A DNA stretch of 64,000 bases from an uncultured delta proteobacterium (GTDB taxonomy: Bacteria > Myxococcota_A > Polyangia > Palsa-1104). This document shows positions 1 to 10,823 of the stretch, piece after piece. The stretch is taken from NCBI GenBank assembly GCA_963785725.1, contig CAWAWS010000025.1, positions 15,191 through 79,190 on the forward strand. The letters run 5' to 3'. Below the pieces are notes generated by a model that saw nothing but the letters and a program-made list of their open reading frames with translations, was not told the DNA's origin and made no database searches. Within the stretch, counting starts at the first letter, position 1, and each line of letters opens with the position of its first letter. A program made the position numbers and the translations under genes.

Positions 1-208
1 GTCGAGCGTCTGCTTGAAGACGATGGCGCGCAGATATTGAAAGCCGAACCAGCCGTCGCCCGAGGCCTTGCCTTGGAACACGCCCGGCGTCACCAGGTAA
101 TAGACGACGAGCAGGAGCATGCCGACGGCGATGACGCGGTCGCCGGCGCACAGCCAGCGCGCCCCGTCGACCATCCAACCGAGCGCCCGCCGCCAGGCGG
201 CGGGCCGG

Positions 209-1165
209 TCAGACTTCGACGCGATTTCGGCCGGCTTGCTTGGCACGATAGAGCGCCGCATCGGCGAGCGCGATGAGCTTGACGCTCATGTCTTCTTGTT
301 GCGGCGCCGTCGCCGTCGCATCGGCAGCCGCCGGCGCGGCCAGGCCGGCGTCGAGCGGGAACACGCTGATGCCGACCGACGCCGTCACCGTCAGCGCGAT
401 GCCGGCTCTGGTCGCCAGCTTCAGCCCTTCGACGACGCGCCGCAGCCGCTCGCCGAGCACGATGGCATGCTCGCGCGCGATGCCGCGCACCAAGACGGCC
501 AGCTCCTCGCCGCCATAACGCGCCAGCACGTCTTCGGAGCGCAAGGTGTCGGCCAGGACGTCGACGACCGCACACAAGACCTCGTCACCGACGGGATGGC
601 CGTGCGTGTCGTTGATCGCCTTGAAGTGGTCGAGATCGAGCATCAACAGCGCCAACGGCTGCTCGTGACGCTCGGCAAAGCGCACCTCCGCCGCCAGCCG
701 CTGCAGGAAATAGCGGCGATTGAAGGCGCGCGTCAGGCCGTCGCGCAGCGCCGACTCGAGCAGCTGGCGTTGCGCCTTCTCCTCCACTTCGTCGTAGCGC
801 GCGAACTTCAAGACCGTGGTCTGGCCGACGCGGATCTTGGCGCCGTCCTTGAGCACGCGCTCGGAGATGCGCTCACCGTCGACGAAGGTGCCGTTCTGCG
901 AGCCGAGGTCGGCGAGCAGCGCGCCGTCGGCCACGGGCGTGACGCGCGCGTGCCGCCGCGACACGCCTTCGTCCTCGGCCAGCCGCAGCTGCGCCTCGGC
1001 GTCGCGGCCGATGATGATCTCGCCGTCGACGGGGAAGATCTCGCCCAAGTGCGCGCCGGCGATGACGACGAGGCACGGCCGCTTCGGCCCCTGCACGTCG
1101 CCGGTCAGCCGAATGAGCGGCGTGGCGTTGGTCTCGTCGTTGAAGCCGCCGGGGCGATCGGCCAT
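209..1165 (-). CDS. FHA-domain diguanylate cyclase (FHA-GGDEF)
   Basis: FHA motifs IIGR...VSRRHA...DLGSQNGT; GGDEF domain DGLTRAFNRR, DLDHFKAINDTHGH, RSED I-site and RYGGEEL. Confidence 0.93.
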   Translation of the reverse strand: MADRPGGFNDETNATPLIRLTGDVQGPKRPCLVVIAGAHLGEIFPVDGEIIIGRDAEAQLRLAEDEGVSRRHARVTPVADGALLADLGSQNGTFVDGERISERVLKDGAKIRVGQTTVLKFARYDEVEEKAQRQLLESALRDGLTRAFNRRYFLQRLAAEVRFAERHEQPLALLMLDLDHFKAINDTHGHPVGDEVLCAVVDVLADTLRSEDVLARYGGEELAVLVRGIAREHAIVLGERLRRVVEGLKLATRAGIALTVTASVGISVFPLDAGLAAPAAADATATAPQQEDMSVKLIALADAALYRAKQAGRNRVEV

Positions 1166-1171
1166 GGCCCG

Positions 1172-1894
1172 TTATTGTATCACGGCGCGCGTCGCCGCCG
1201 GACGGTTGGTGATGACGCCGTCGACGCCCAGCGCCGACAAGAGGCGCAGCTCGGCCGGATCGTCGACGGTCCAGACGTTGACCGCGTAGCCGCGAGCGTG
1301 CCACTGGCGGACGTTGCGCGCGTCGACGAGCACGCCTTCGGGATGCAGCGCCGTCGGTCGCAACAGCGGCGCCATCCAGGCTTCGCGATTGGGGCGCGCC
1401 TGATCGTGCGCGAACAGAAGCCCGGTCGCGATCTGCGGCGCGCGCCGGCGAAAGCGACCGAGCAGCAAGGGATCGAACGACGAGACGAGCGTGTGCGCCG
1501 CCGCGTCGTGATGCGCGACCAGCGCCGCCACTTGCGCGGCCAGACCGTCGTCGACGAGGCGCTCGGCCCACGTCGGCGCCGACTTGAGCTCGATGTTGAC
1601 GAGCAGCCCGTTGCGCTCGGCCAAGACGTCGTCGAGCAGCGGCATGCGCTCACCGCCGCCGAGATCGATCTCGCGCAGCTCGTCCCAGCGCAGATCGCGC
1701 ACGCGTTCGGGACGCCGGCCGAGACGGCTCATATCGTCGTCGTGGAAGACCACGACCTCGCCCGACTGACAGCGCGTCACGTCGAGCTCGATGCCGTCGG
1801 CGCCTTGCGTGCGCGCCAAGCGGAACGCCGTCAGCGTGTTCTCGAGCGCGTCGGCCGAGGCGCCGCGATGGCCCCACACGAGCGGCGGCGCCAC
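1172..1894 (-). CDS. glycerophosphodiester phosphodiesterase (GDPD family)
   Basis: WGHRGAS..ENTL.AF, GIELDV, VVFHD, NIELK, VWTVD, GVITN motifs; GTG start at 1894 chosen inside a longer shadow ORF. Confidence 0.9.
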   Translation of the reverse strand: MAPPLVWGHRGASADALENTLTAFRLARTQGADGIELDVTRCQSGEVVVFHDDDMSRLGRRPERVRDLRWDELREIDLGGGERMPLLDDVLAERNGLLVNIELKSAPTWAERLVDDGLAAQVAALVAHHDAAAHTLVSSFDPLLLGRFRRRAPQIATGLLFAHDQARPNREAWMAPLLRPTALHPEGVLVDARNVRQWHARGYAVNVWTVDDPAELRLLSALGVDGVITNRPAATRAVIQ

Positions 1895-1929
1895 CGGTCC
1901 GCGATGCCAACCTCGTCCATTGCGCGCGC

Positions 1930-3048
1930 TCAGGCGGTCAGCTCCCACGGCGGCTGCAGCCGCGCCGAGTCGACGCGCACGCCCAGCTTGCCGAACGCCG
2001 CTTCCCAGCGCGGGAAATCCTCGATCAACAGCCGCGCCGTCGACTCGTAGCCGTAGCGCAGGACGCGGCGACGCGAGGCGAACGCCATCGGGTTGGAGAG
2101 GAAAATATCGCCCTCCTCGGCGCGCGGCTCGACGAGCAGCATCGTCGCGTGCGGATGCGAGGCTTGATAGCGGCGAATGCCCGAGTAGAGCTTGGTGCGC
2201 GTCGACATTTTGCCGGCCTGGTTGTACACGGCCAGCATTCCTTTGTCGCGGATGTGATGCGCGCCCACGAGCGGCGTCGGCAGATCCTCGCGATCGGGAT
2301 CGTTGAACACCGGCACCTGCGGGTTGACGATGACGATGAGCTCGGCCTCCCGCGCCAGCGCGATGTCGGCGTGCGCCGCTTTGCCGACGGCGCCGTCGAT
2401 GTAATCGCGCCCTTTGAAGCGCACCGGCTCGAAGAACAGCGGAATCGCCGACGACGCGCAGATGGCGGTGGCGATGGGAATGTCGGCGATGGCGCCCGGT
2501 CCGAAGATGGCGCGATGGCCGCTGTCGAGATCGTTGGCGGTGATGTAGAGCTCGCGCGGCACCTCGCCAAAGCGCGTCGGCAGCGCGTGATGACGCAGGA
2601 AACGCTGCAAGAAGCGCTCGTAATGGCGCAGCGAGAAGACGCCGGCAGGCAAGGCGTCGCCGAAGTCGGTGATGAGCTCGGCGAGGTCGACCTGGCCGCG
2701 AATGCCGCGCGCCAAGGCCGAGAAGAGCACGCCGCCGACGTCGCGCAGGACGCCCAAGCCTTGACGTGCGTCGAAGCGGTAGATGTCGGTGCGGCGCGCC
2801 GGGAAGAACGTGGGATCGTCGTCGACGGCGGCACGGAACATGCGGCGGGCGCGCACGCCCGAGGCCGTCACCGTCGCCAAGAGGCTGCCGGCCGAGGTGC
2901 CGACGTAGATGTCGAAGTCGTTGACGCCGAAGCTGCGGCCGTTGTCGACGCGCGGCGCCGAGAGGAAGTCTTCGATGGCAGCGAGGGCACCGATTTCGTA
3001 CATCCCGCCGACGATGCCTCCGCCGCACAAGCAGAGCGCAGTCCGCAT
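1930..3048 (-). CDS. patatin-like phospholipase
   Basis: GGGIVG oxyanion motif, GTSAG nucleophile elbow, DGA motif. Confidence 0.9.
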   Translation of the reverse strand: MRTALCLCGGGIVGGMYEIGALAAIEDFLSAPRVDNGRSFGVNDFDIYVGTSAGSLLATVTASGVRARRMFRAAVDDDPTFFPARRTDIYRFDARQGLGVLRDVGGVLFSALARGIRGQVDLAELITDFGDALPAGVFSLRHYERFLQRFLRHHALPTRFGEVPRELYITANDLDSGHRAIFGPGAIADIPIATAICASSAIPLFFEPVRFKGRDYIDGAVGKAAHADIALAREAELIVIVNPQVPVFNDPDREDLPTPLVGAHHIRDKGMLAVYNQAGKMSTRTKLYSGIRRYQASHPHATMLLVEPRAEEGDIFLSNPMAFASRRRVLRYGYESTARLLIEDFPRWEAAFGKLGVRVDSARLQPPWELTA

Positions 3049-3054
3049 CGCTCG

Positions 3055-3064
3055 ATCGTATCAT
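3055..3064. promoter_or_regulatory. overlapping back-to-back -10 elements of divergent leaderless genes
   Basis: TATCAT (+, 3059-3064) is 6 nt before ATG 3071; TACGAT (-, 3055-3060) is 6 nt before ATG 3048; the intergenic gap is only 22 bp. Confidence 0.6.
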
Positions 3065-3070
3065 CGGCGG

Positions 3071-3943
3071 ATGCACGAGGATAGGCCGAGTCTCACGGCG
3101 CGCTGGGTGGCCATGGGCCGCTCGCTGGGCGCCATCTTGCCCGACGGGGCGCAATTGATCGACGATCCGTACGGCGCGCGTGTCGTCAGCCGGCCGATGG
3201 CGGCGCTGCTCGGCCTGGCCCGCTGGCAGCCGCGCTTGCGGCCGCTCTTGCGCGGGGCGCTGTGGCCGCTCTTGACGGGCGCGACGGCGATGCAGATCCG
3301 CACCCGCGTCATCGACGACGAGCTCGACCGCTTCTTGGCGGCCGGGGGTCGTCAGCTGGTGCTGCTCGGCGCCGGCTTCGACGCGCGCGCCCATCGCATG
3401 GCGGCGCGGCTCGGCGAGACACGCGTCTTCGAGGTCGACCATCCGGCGACCCAGCGGGTCAAGCGCGACCGCTTCGGCGAGGCGCGGGCCACGTACGTCG
3501 CGTGGAACTTCGAGCGCGACGCGATGAGCGAGCTGCCGGCGCGGCTGGCGTCGCTCGGGCACGATCGGACGCAGCCGACGTTCACGATCTGGGAGGGCGT
3601 GACGATCTATCTGACCGAAGGCGCCATCGAGGCCACGGCGGCGACGGTGCGAGCCTACTCGGCGACGGGCTCGCGGCTGTGCTTCACGTATGCGGATGCG
3701 CGGGCGCTGACGTCGACGCGGCTGCGCGGGCGGCTGATTCGCGCGGCGGTGCGACGGGTGGGCGAGCCGTTTCGGTTCGGCTGGCTGCCGAAGGAGCTGG
3801 CGGGCTGGTGGCAGGCGCGCGGCTTCCGCGTGCTGTCGGACGTCGTCATGGGCGAGGCGGGCAATCGCATGCTGCCGCCGGCGTGGGCCAAGCGCGGGTC
3901 CTCGCGGCATCGGCATGTGGCCACGGTCGAGCCGGTCGGCTGA
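3071..3943 (+). CDS. SAM-dependent methyltransferase (leucine carboxyl methyltransferase-like)
   Basis: RTRVIDD, QLVLLGAGFDARAHR, FEVDHPATQ, WEGVTIYL motifs. Confidence 0.9.
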   Translation: MHEDRPSLTARWVAMGRSLGAILPDGAQLIDDPYGARVVSRPMAALLGLARWQPRLRPLLRGALWPLLTGATAMQIRTRVIDDELDRFLAAGGRQLVLLGAGFDARAHRMAARLGETRVFEVDHPATQRVKRDRFGEARATYVAWNFERDAMSELPARLASLGHDRTQPTFTIWEGVTIYLTEGAIEATAATVRAYSATGSRLCFTYADARALTSTRLRGRLIRAAVRRVGEPFRFGWLPKELAGWWQARGFRVLSDVVMGEAGNRMLPPAWAKRGSSRHRHVATVEPVG

Positions 3944-3974
3944 CGCGGCGGCGCGGCGGCGCTTCGCGCGCAAC

Positions 3975-4124
3975 ATGTCGATGCCCACGTGGTGCTTCTC
4001 CGCGGTCTCGAGCGAGGTGCATCCGACGCTGCCGACCACCGGGTGGTTCGATCATATGCTGGTGGTCGTGCCCGGCGAACGCCCGGTATGGCCGCTGCGC
4101 GCTCGCGAACCCGCTCGTTGGTGA
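3975..4124 (+). pseudogene. short coding remnant, possibly of a transglutaminase-like domain protein
   Basis: GC3-biased 49-codon frame; LPTTGWFDHMLVVVPGERPVW resembles the LPS..QFNH.IV.V...W(L/I)DPT segment of transglutaminase-like domains. Confidence 0.3.
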
Positions 4125-4189
4125 GGTTGGCTCTGCTGCGACGTAACCGGCGAAGATGACGCTCGCCCGAGCGCCTGAGCGCGGGTGAC

Positions 4190-5035
4190 TCAGCGACGCA
4201 GCGACGCCGGCTGCCGGCCGTCGACGTCGACGAAGCCGTACTCGTGCGCCAGCTCGGCGACGACGAGCGCCTGCCCCGACTTCGTCATGCGCTGCGGATC
4301 GGCGGCGAGCGCGGCCACGGCGCGCCCCGAGAACGTCGGCGACTCCGAGTTCGCGCGGTCGTACGGAAAGCGCGCCGCTTCGATCTCCAGCCGCTCGGTG
4401 CGGACCACCCCCGGCCACAACGAGACCGCGCAGACCTCATGTTTGGCCAGCTCTTTGCCCATGTCGCGCGACATGCGATCGACGCCCGCCTTGCCGACGC
4501 CATAAGCGACGTTGACCGCGTAGATCTTGGCGCCGAACGACGAGACATTGACGATCAGCCCCGACCGTCGCTGCACCATGCCACGCGCGCAGAAATGCGC
4601 GGCCACGTAGTGCGAGCGCAGGCCGACGCGATGCATCTCGTCCCAGAAGCCGAGCGGCGCCTGCCAAAACGGGACGTAGAGCTCGCCCGCGGGAATGGCG
4701 AAGGCGTTGTTGCACAAGATATCCACGCGTCCCGACTCGGCCTCGACGCGCGCGACCAGCGCCTCCACCTCGGCGTCGACGGCGTGATCGACCGCGACCG
4801 CAATGCCGCGCCCGCCGAGCCGCGTGACCTCGGCGGCGGTCGCATCGATGGTGCCCGGCAGCGCGCCTGCAGCGTCGGCGGCGCGCGAACGACCGGTCAC
4901 GTACACGGTCGCCCCCGCTTCGCCGAGCCCGAGCGCGATCCCTTTGCCGACGCCGCGACTGGCCCCGGTCACGATCGCGATCCGCCCCGCCAAAGGCCGC
5001 TCGCCGTCGCCGCCACCGTTCTTTTGCGCGCTCAC
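4190..5035 (-). CDS. short-chain dehydrogenase/reductase (DHRS1-like)
   Basis: TGASRGVG, NNA, YGVGK catalytic motif; GTG start overlaps the upstream TGA (GTGA). Confidence 0.92.
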   Translation of the reverse strand: MSAQKNGGGDGERPLAGRIAIVTGASRGVGKGIALGLGEAGATVYVTGRSRAADAAGALPGTIDATAAEVTRLGGRGIAVAVDHAVDAEVEALVARVEAESGRVDILCNNAFAIPAGELYVPFWQAPLGFWDEMHRVGLRSHYVAAHFCARGMVQRRSGLIVNVSSFGAKIYAVNVAYGVGKAGVDRMSRDMGKELAKHEVCAVSLWPGVVRTERLEIEAARFPYDRANSESPTFSGRAVAALAADPQRMTKSGQALVVAELAHEYGFVDVDGRQPASLRR

Positions 5036-6189
5036 AGCGTCGTCACGTCGGTTTCGAGGCCGAGCAGCACGCGTCCGACCGTGATCATGATCTGCGGCGA
5101 CACCATCGCGTGCTGCGTCGCCACGTGCACGTCGCGAAAGTGGCGCTGCAGCGGCTGCGTCGCGTAGACCACCGCGCCACCGCCGGCGTTGTACATCGCG
5201 TCGACCGCCGCCGCCGCTTCGCTGGCCGCATGACACGCCGCCAGCCGCAGCTGCGCCCGCGCCTGCAGGTCGCTCGCCGGCCGCTGCGCCGCTTCCGCCA
5301 CCGCCGCGAACAGAAACGCGCGCCCCGCCCGCACGCGCGCATCGGCACGCGCCACGTCCAGCTGCACCAGCTCCCGCTGCGCGATGGTGCGCCGACTCCC
5401 GGGGATCGTCTTCTTCGCCGCCAGCGCCGCCAAGCTGTCGATGGCCGCGCGCGCGATGCCGAGCGCCACCGCCGCCACGCCGCTCGCCAGCACGCCGAAG
5501 AAGGGCATGCGATAGAGCGGCGCGTCGCCACGCGGCTGGTCGGCCAAGAACGAGAAGCAGCGCTCGGCCGGCACCGTCACGTCGCGGACGGCGATGTCGT
5601 GGCTGCCCGAGCCGCGCAGCCCGCTGACGTCCCAGCTGTCGATGATCTCGGTCTCGGCGGCGGAAAAGAGGACGCAGCGCACGTGCGGAATGCTCGTCCC
5701 CGGCAACAGCTCCGGCTGCTCACCGTCGAAGACGAGGACGCCGCCCATGCGCCACTGCGAATGCTCGCAGCCGGAGGCGAACGGCCAGCGCCCACTGACG
5801 CGCAGGCCGCCGCCGGCCGCGCGCGTGGCGCGACCGAGCGGCGCGAACACGCCGCAGCTGATGGCGTCCGCCGGCCCGTAGACGTGGCGCGCGGTGTCGT
5901 CGTCGAGGAAGACGCTCATCAGGCCCGACGCGGCGCCGATCATCGCCGTCCAGCCGGCCGAGCCGTCGGCGCGCGCCAACAGCTCGAAGGTCGCGAGCAG
6001 CGTCGGCAGCTCGGCCTCGCCGCCGCCGAGCGCGCGCGGCACCGCCAGCTTGAAGACGCCCGCGTCGACCAGCGCGGCCACCGCCGCCGCCGGCAACCGT
6101 CGCCCGCGCTCGATCTCGTCCGCCAAAGGCGCGATGCGCTCGGCCGCCGCCCGCACCCGCGCCAACACCGTCTCGTCCATCCCGTTCAT
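5032..6189 (-). CDS. acyl-CoA dehydrogenase-fold flavin-dependent hydroxylase (HsaA/HpaB-like)
   Basis: ADGSAGW, SGRWPFASGC, WDVSGLRGSGSHD, LQRHFRDVH motifs; start at 6189 or 6180. Confidence 0.88.
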   Translation of the reverse strand: MNGMDETVLARVRAAAERIAPLADEIERGRRLPAAAVAALVDAGVFKLAVPRALGGGEAELPTLLATFELLARADGSAGWTAMIGAASGLMSVFLDDDTARHVYGPADAISCGVFAPLGRATRAAGGGLRVSGRWPFASGCEHSQWRMGGVLVFDGEQPELLPGTSIPHVRCVLFSAAETEIIDSWDVSGLRGSGSHDIAVRDVTVPAERCFSFLADQPRGDAPLYRMPFFGVLASGVAAVALGIARAAIDSLAALAAKKTIPGSRRTIAQRELVQLDVARADARVRAGRAFLFAAVAEAAQRPASDLQARAQLRLAACHAASEAAAAVDAMYNAGGGAVVYATQPLQRHFRDVHVATQHAMVSPQIMITVGRVLLGLETDVTTL

Positions 6190-6285
6190 CCGCCCCACTC
6201 TACGTCGATCCGCAGCCGCCATTCGAGGTTCTCGATCGGGACGACTGGGTCGCGAACGTCGGTTGAATCCATCGTCGACGGTCCG

Positions 6286-7461
<1,176 letters not shown>

Positions 7462-7506
7462 TGTACTTCTCTCGACTGAGTAACATACCCGCGCTATCCT
7501 CGCCGA

Positions 7507-9741
7507 ATGTCGCTCCGCCGCCTGGCGTTGCCCCTGATTCCGCTGCTGGCCGCCTGCGGCCATGCTCCGCTGCACACGGCTACGCCACCGACGGTGGTCG
7601 CGACGAGCGGCCCGCAAAAGCCGATCGCGAGCGAGGAGGAGTACAACGCCGCGCGACCCGAGTTCGACGCCCTGCCGCTCGGCGCTCCCGATCGCGCTCA
7701 GCGACGGCAAGCGCTGGAGGCGTGGCTGCTCGGCGAGGTGCGCGACGGCCTCGACCGCAACCACCCCGAGGACGCCTACGAGCAGTTTCGCCAAGCGGCG
7801 ACGCTGTGGGATCCGGCGGAGCTGGCCAACAAACCGAGCGATCCGGCGCTGCGCAAGGCCGCCGATCGCATCGAGGTCGCCTTCCGCAAGCGCGGCGCGC
7901 ACGAAGAGGTCGTCATGGCGCTGGCCGTCGACCTCGCGCTCGACGGCGGCCACGATGACGGCGCGCGCCATCGCTACGACCAGGTGGTCAGCTGGCTGCG
8001 CGCCGGCGGCGCCACCGAATCGGAGCTGGGCGGCGCCATCGACGGCCGTGGCCGGGTCATCGACGACTTGGAATCGGTGGCGCGCGTCTGGGCCTCGCCC
8101 TTCGTCGTCGATCAGCTGACCGGCCTCTACTTCGAGCGCAACGAAGCCGGCGTCGCCGACCTGCTCGGCGCCGATCCGCACCATCCGCGCCGCGCCGCCG
8201 ACCTGCGCGCCATTCTGCAAGGCGGCGGCTTGCCGTCGAGCGCCTACGATCTGACGCGGCTCTACCTGCGCGTCTCGCGTCCCGACGAAGCGCTGGCGCA
8301 GCTGCGCAAGCTGAAGACGCTGCGGCCGGGCGACGAGCAGGTGCGCAAGCTCGTCGAGAAGTACGCCGGCAAAGAGGCGACGCCGGGCGACGCCATCAAC
8401 GTCGCCATGCTGATGGCGCAAGGTCACGACGACGCCGACGTCGCCGAGCGCGTCTGCGCCGACGCCGGCGTGCGCTTTCCGACGGCCGCCGAGCCGCGCT
8501 TGTGCGCCGGCCAGATCGCCATGGTGCGCGATCGCAGCGTCGTCGCCATGATGGAGTTCGAGGCCGCGCGACAGCTGCAGCCGAACAATCGCGAGATCTG
8601 GCAACACCTGGCGCAGCTGTGGGAACGGCGCCTCTTGCAGCTGTCGTCAGACGAGAACTTGGACGTGGCGCAGCTCGAGCCGCAGTTGAAGCGCGTCGAG
8701 GCGTTCCATCAAGCGGCGGCCAAGCAGTTCCCGGGCGAGCCGCTGCATCCGACGCTGGCGGGCGCGCTCTTCGAGGTCGGCCGCGGCTATTACAACGTCG
8801 GCCGCGTGCAGAAGGCGATGGAATACTTCGATCGCTCGCTGGCCATCGAGCCGCAAGCGACGACGCTGCAGCTGATGGGTCAGATCCGCATGAAGCAGAA
8901 CGCGGCCAAGGACGCCGTGACGCTGTTCGAGCGCGGCATCGCCACGCCGAAGGCCGATCGTCCCGAGGAGATCTACTGGCGCTCGCGTTTGCGCCGCGAT
9001 CTCGGCGAAGCCTACGACCTGCTCGGCGACGAGAAGGCCGCCAACGAGGCGCGCAAAGCGGCGCTCGCCGATTGGGATCAGCTGGCCGGCCTCGGTCTCA
9101 CCAACGAAGGCAAAGCCGAAGCCGGCGTCGAGCGCGCCAAGCTGTTCTACGAGATGGGCGATCGCGATCAGTCGCTGGCGTCGTTCGAAGGCGCCATCGA
9201 CGCCGCGCCCGATCGCGGCGGCACCTACGCCGACGTCATCGCCTTCTTGGTGCCGCGCGGTGAGCTCGACGAGTCGCTCGACGCCTACCACCGCGCGCTC
9301 GGCCGCAACGAGGTCTCGGAGTACCTCAAGGTCTACTGCTCGTTGTGGATCATCGATCTCGCGCGCCGCGCCGGTCAGCCGATCGATCCCTTGGCCTCGG
9401 CCTATCTGACGTCGATGGACGGCGGCAAGTGGTACGACGATCTGGCGCGCTGGGCGACGGGCCGCGAGACCGACGCGCAGCTGATCGCGCGCGTCAACAC
9501 GCCGGCCAAGCGCGCCGAGTCGGCGTTCTATCGCGCCATGCGCGCCGTCGGCGCCGGCCAGCTCGACGAGGCCAAGAAGCTGTGGAAGGAGGTCGTCGAC
9601 ACCGACATGATGCCCTTCTACGAATACGACATGTCCGAGATGTTCCTGCGCGCCGGCACGGCGCCGTCGAAGCCGATCCTGAAGTCGAAAGGCACGTACA
9701 AAGCCCCGCCCGCGCCCCGTCCGCCCGAGGGCAGCATCTAA
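7507..9741 (+). CDS. TPR-repeat lipoprotein with NlpI-like C-terminus
   Basis: Lipobox LLAAC; repeated TPR-like helices; C-terminal ESAFYRAM...FYEY segment resembles NlpI. Confidence 0.75.
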   Translation: MSLRRLALPLIPLLAACGHAPLHTATPPTVVATSGPQKPIASEEEYNAARPEFDALPLGAPDRAQRRQALEAWLLGEVRDGLDRNHPEDAYEQFRQAATLWDPAELANKPSDPALRKAADRIEVAFRKRGAHEEVVMALAVDLALDGGHDDGARHRYDQVVSWLRAGGATESELGGAIDGRGRVIDDLESVARVWASPFVVDQLTGLYFERNEAGVADLLGADPHHPRRAADLRAILQGGGLPSSAYDLTRLYLRVSRPDEALAQLRKLKTLRPGDEQVRKLVEKYAGKEATPGDAINVAMLMAQGHDDADVAERVCADAGVRFPTAAEPRLCAGQIAMVRDRSVVAMMEFEAARQLQPNNREIWQHLAQLWERRLLQLSSDENLDVAQLEPQLKRVEAFHQAAAKQFPGEPLHPTLAGALFEVGRGYYNVGRVQKAMEYFDRSLAIEPQATTLQLMGQIRMKQNAAKDAVTLFERGIATPKADRPEEIYWRSRLRRDLGEAYDLLGDEKAANEARKAALADWDQLAGLGLTNEGKAEAGVERAKLFYEMGDRDQSLASFEGAIDAAPDRGGTYADVIAFLVPRGELDESLDAYHRALGRNEVSEYLKVYCSLWIIDLARRAGQPIDPLASAYLTSMDGGKWYDDLARWATGRETDAQLIARVNTPAKRAESAFYRAMRAVGAGQLDEAKKLWKEVVDTDMMPFYEYDMSEMFLRAGTAPSKPILKSKGTYKAPPAPRPPEGSI

Positions 9742-9815
9742 TCTGCCCAGCTGATTGGTTTAGATAGCTTCAGCGCCATCTACGCGTGGGCGCGCGTGGT
9801 ACGATACGCCGGCCC

Positions 9816-10823
9816 GTGCGCGCCTTCGCCCTCCTCACGCTCGTGACCCTCACTTCGCCCGCCGCGGCCCAGACCGTGCTGCGCATGGCGACGCCCATCC
9901 CCGACGGCACCGTGTGGGCGCGCGAAATCCACAGCCTGGCGCGCGACATCGAAGAGCGCACGCGCGGCCAAGTGCGCCTCAAGGTCTACTTCAGCGGCAT
10001 CGCCGGCGACGAGGTCGAAGTCGGCGAGCGCATCGCGCGCGACCAGCTCGACGGCGCCTTCTCGGGCGGCATGTTGTGCATGCGGCTGGCGCCCTCGATG
10101 CGCGTCATGCGCGTGCTCGGCCTGTTCCAAGGACGCGAAGAGCTCGGCTACGTCCTCGGTCGTCTGAAGCAGGTCATCGACGACGAGTTTCGCAAGTCGG
10201 GCTTCGTCAACCTGGGGCTCGTCGGCGTCGGTCCCGAGCTGGTGTTCTCGCGCGCGCCCATCGAGACGCTGCCGCAGCTCAAGGCGGCCAAGCTGTGGAT
10301 CTGGAGCTCCGACAACACGCTCGGGCCCGAATTGAGCCGCCTCGGCTTCGCCATGATCCCGGCGTCGCTGCCGGCGGCGACGCGGCTGTACGACGAAGGC
10401 CACGTCGACGGCTTCGTCGCCGCGCCCGCCGCCGCGCTGGCGTTCCAGTGGTCGGCGCAGGCGCATTACCTCTTGCCGCTGCGCTTGGCGTCGCTCGATG
10501 CCTGCGCGATCATCAGCAATCGCGCCTTCGATCCGCTGCCGCTCGAGTTTCAGCAGGTGATTCGGCAGGCGTCGGCGCGCGCCATCGCGCACCTCGACGA
10601 CGCCGTGCGCGCGCAGGACGAGGAGCTCTTGAACGGCCTCTTCGCGCGCCAAGGCGTGCACACGACGGCGGTGCCGCCGGTCTTGCGCGCGCAATTCTTC
10701 GACGAGGCGCGGGCGGCGCGCGACAAGATGGGCGCGGCGACGATTCCGGCGCCGCTGCTCGATCGCGTCCTGTCGCTCTTGGCCGATTATCGCGCCGAGC
10801 ATCGCGCGCCGGGGGCCGACTGA
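9816..10823 (+). CDS. dctP: TRAP substrate-binding protein DctP (TatP-like subfamily)
   Basis: Signal peptide ending AAA-Q; LRMATPIPDGTVW, T.G.V.LKVY.SG.AGDE, QLDGA, ALAFQW motifs. Confidence 0.85.
   Translation: MRAFALLTLVTLTSPAAAQTVLRMATPIPDGTVWAREIHSLARDIEERTRGQVRLKVYFSGIAGDEVEVGERIARDQLDGAFSGGMLCMRLAPSMRVMRVLGLFQGREELGYVLGRLKQVIDDEFRKSGFVNLGLVGVGPELVFSRAPIETLPQLKAAKLWIWSSDNTLGPELSRLGFAMIPASLPAATRLYDEGHVDGFVAAPAAALAFQWSAQAHYLLPLRLASLDACAIISNRAFDPLPLEFQQVIRQASARAIAHLDDAVRAQDEELLNGLFARQGVHTTAVPPVLRAQFFDEARAARDKMGAATIPAPLLDRVLSLLADYRAEHRAPGAD

Noticed and set aside
1895..4039. Apparent 955-aa GDPD fusion
   Set aside because: The upstream part overlaps the patatin and methyltransferase genes; only 1172-1894 has GDPD motifs
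9914..10822. Extra 303 N-terminal codons giving a 3706-aa ORF
   Set aside because: Overlaps dctP out of frame and has shadow composition; ATG 10823 in the TGATG overlap is the better start
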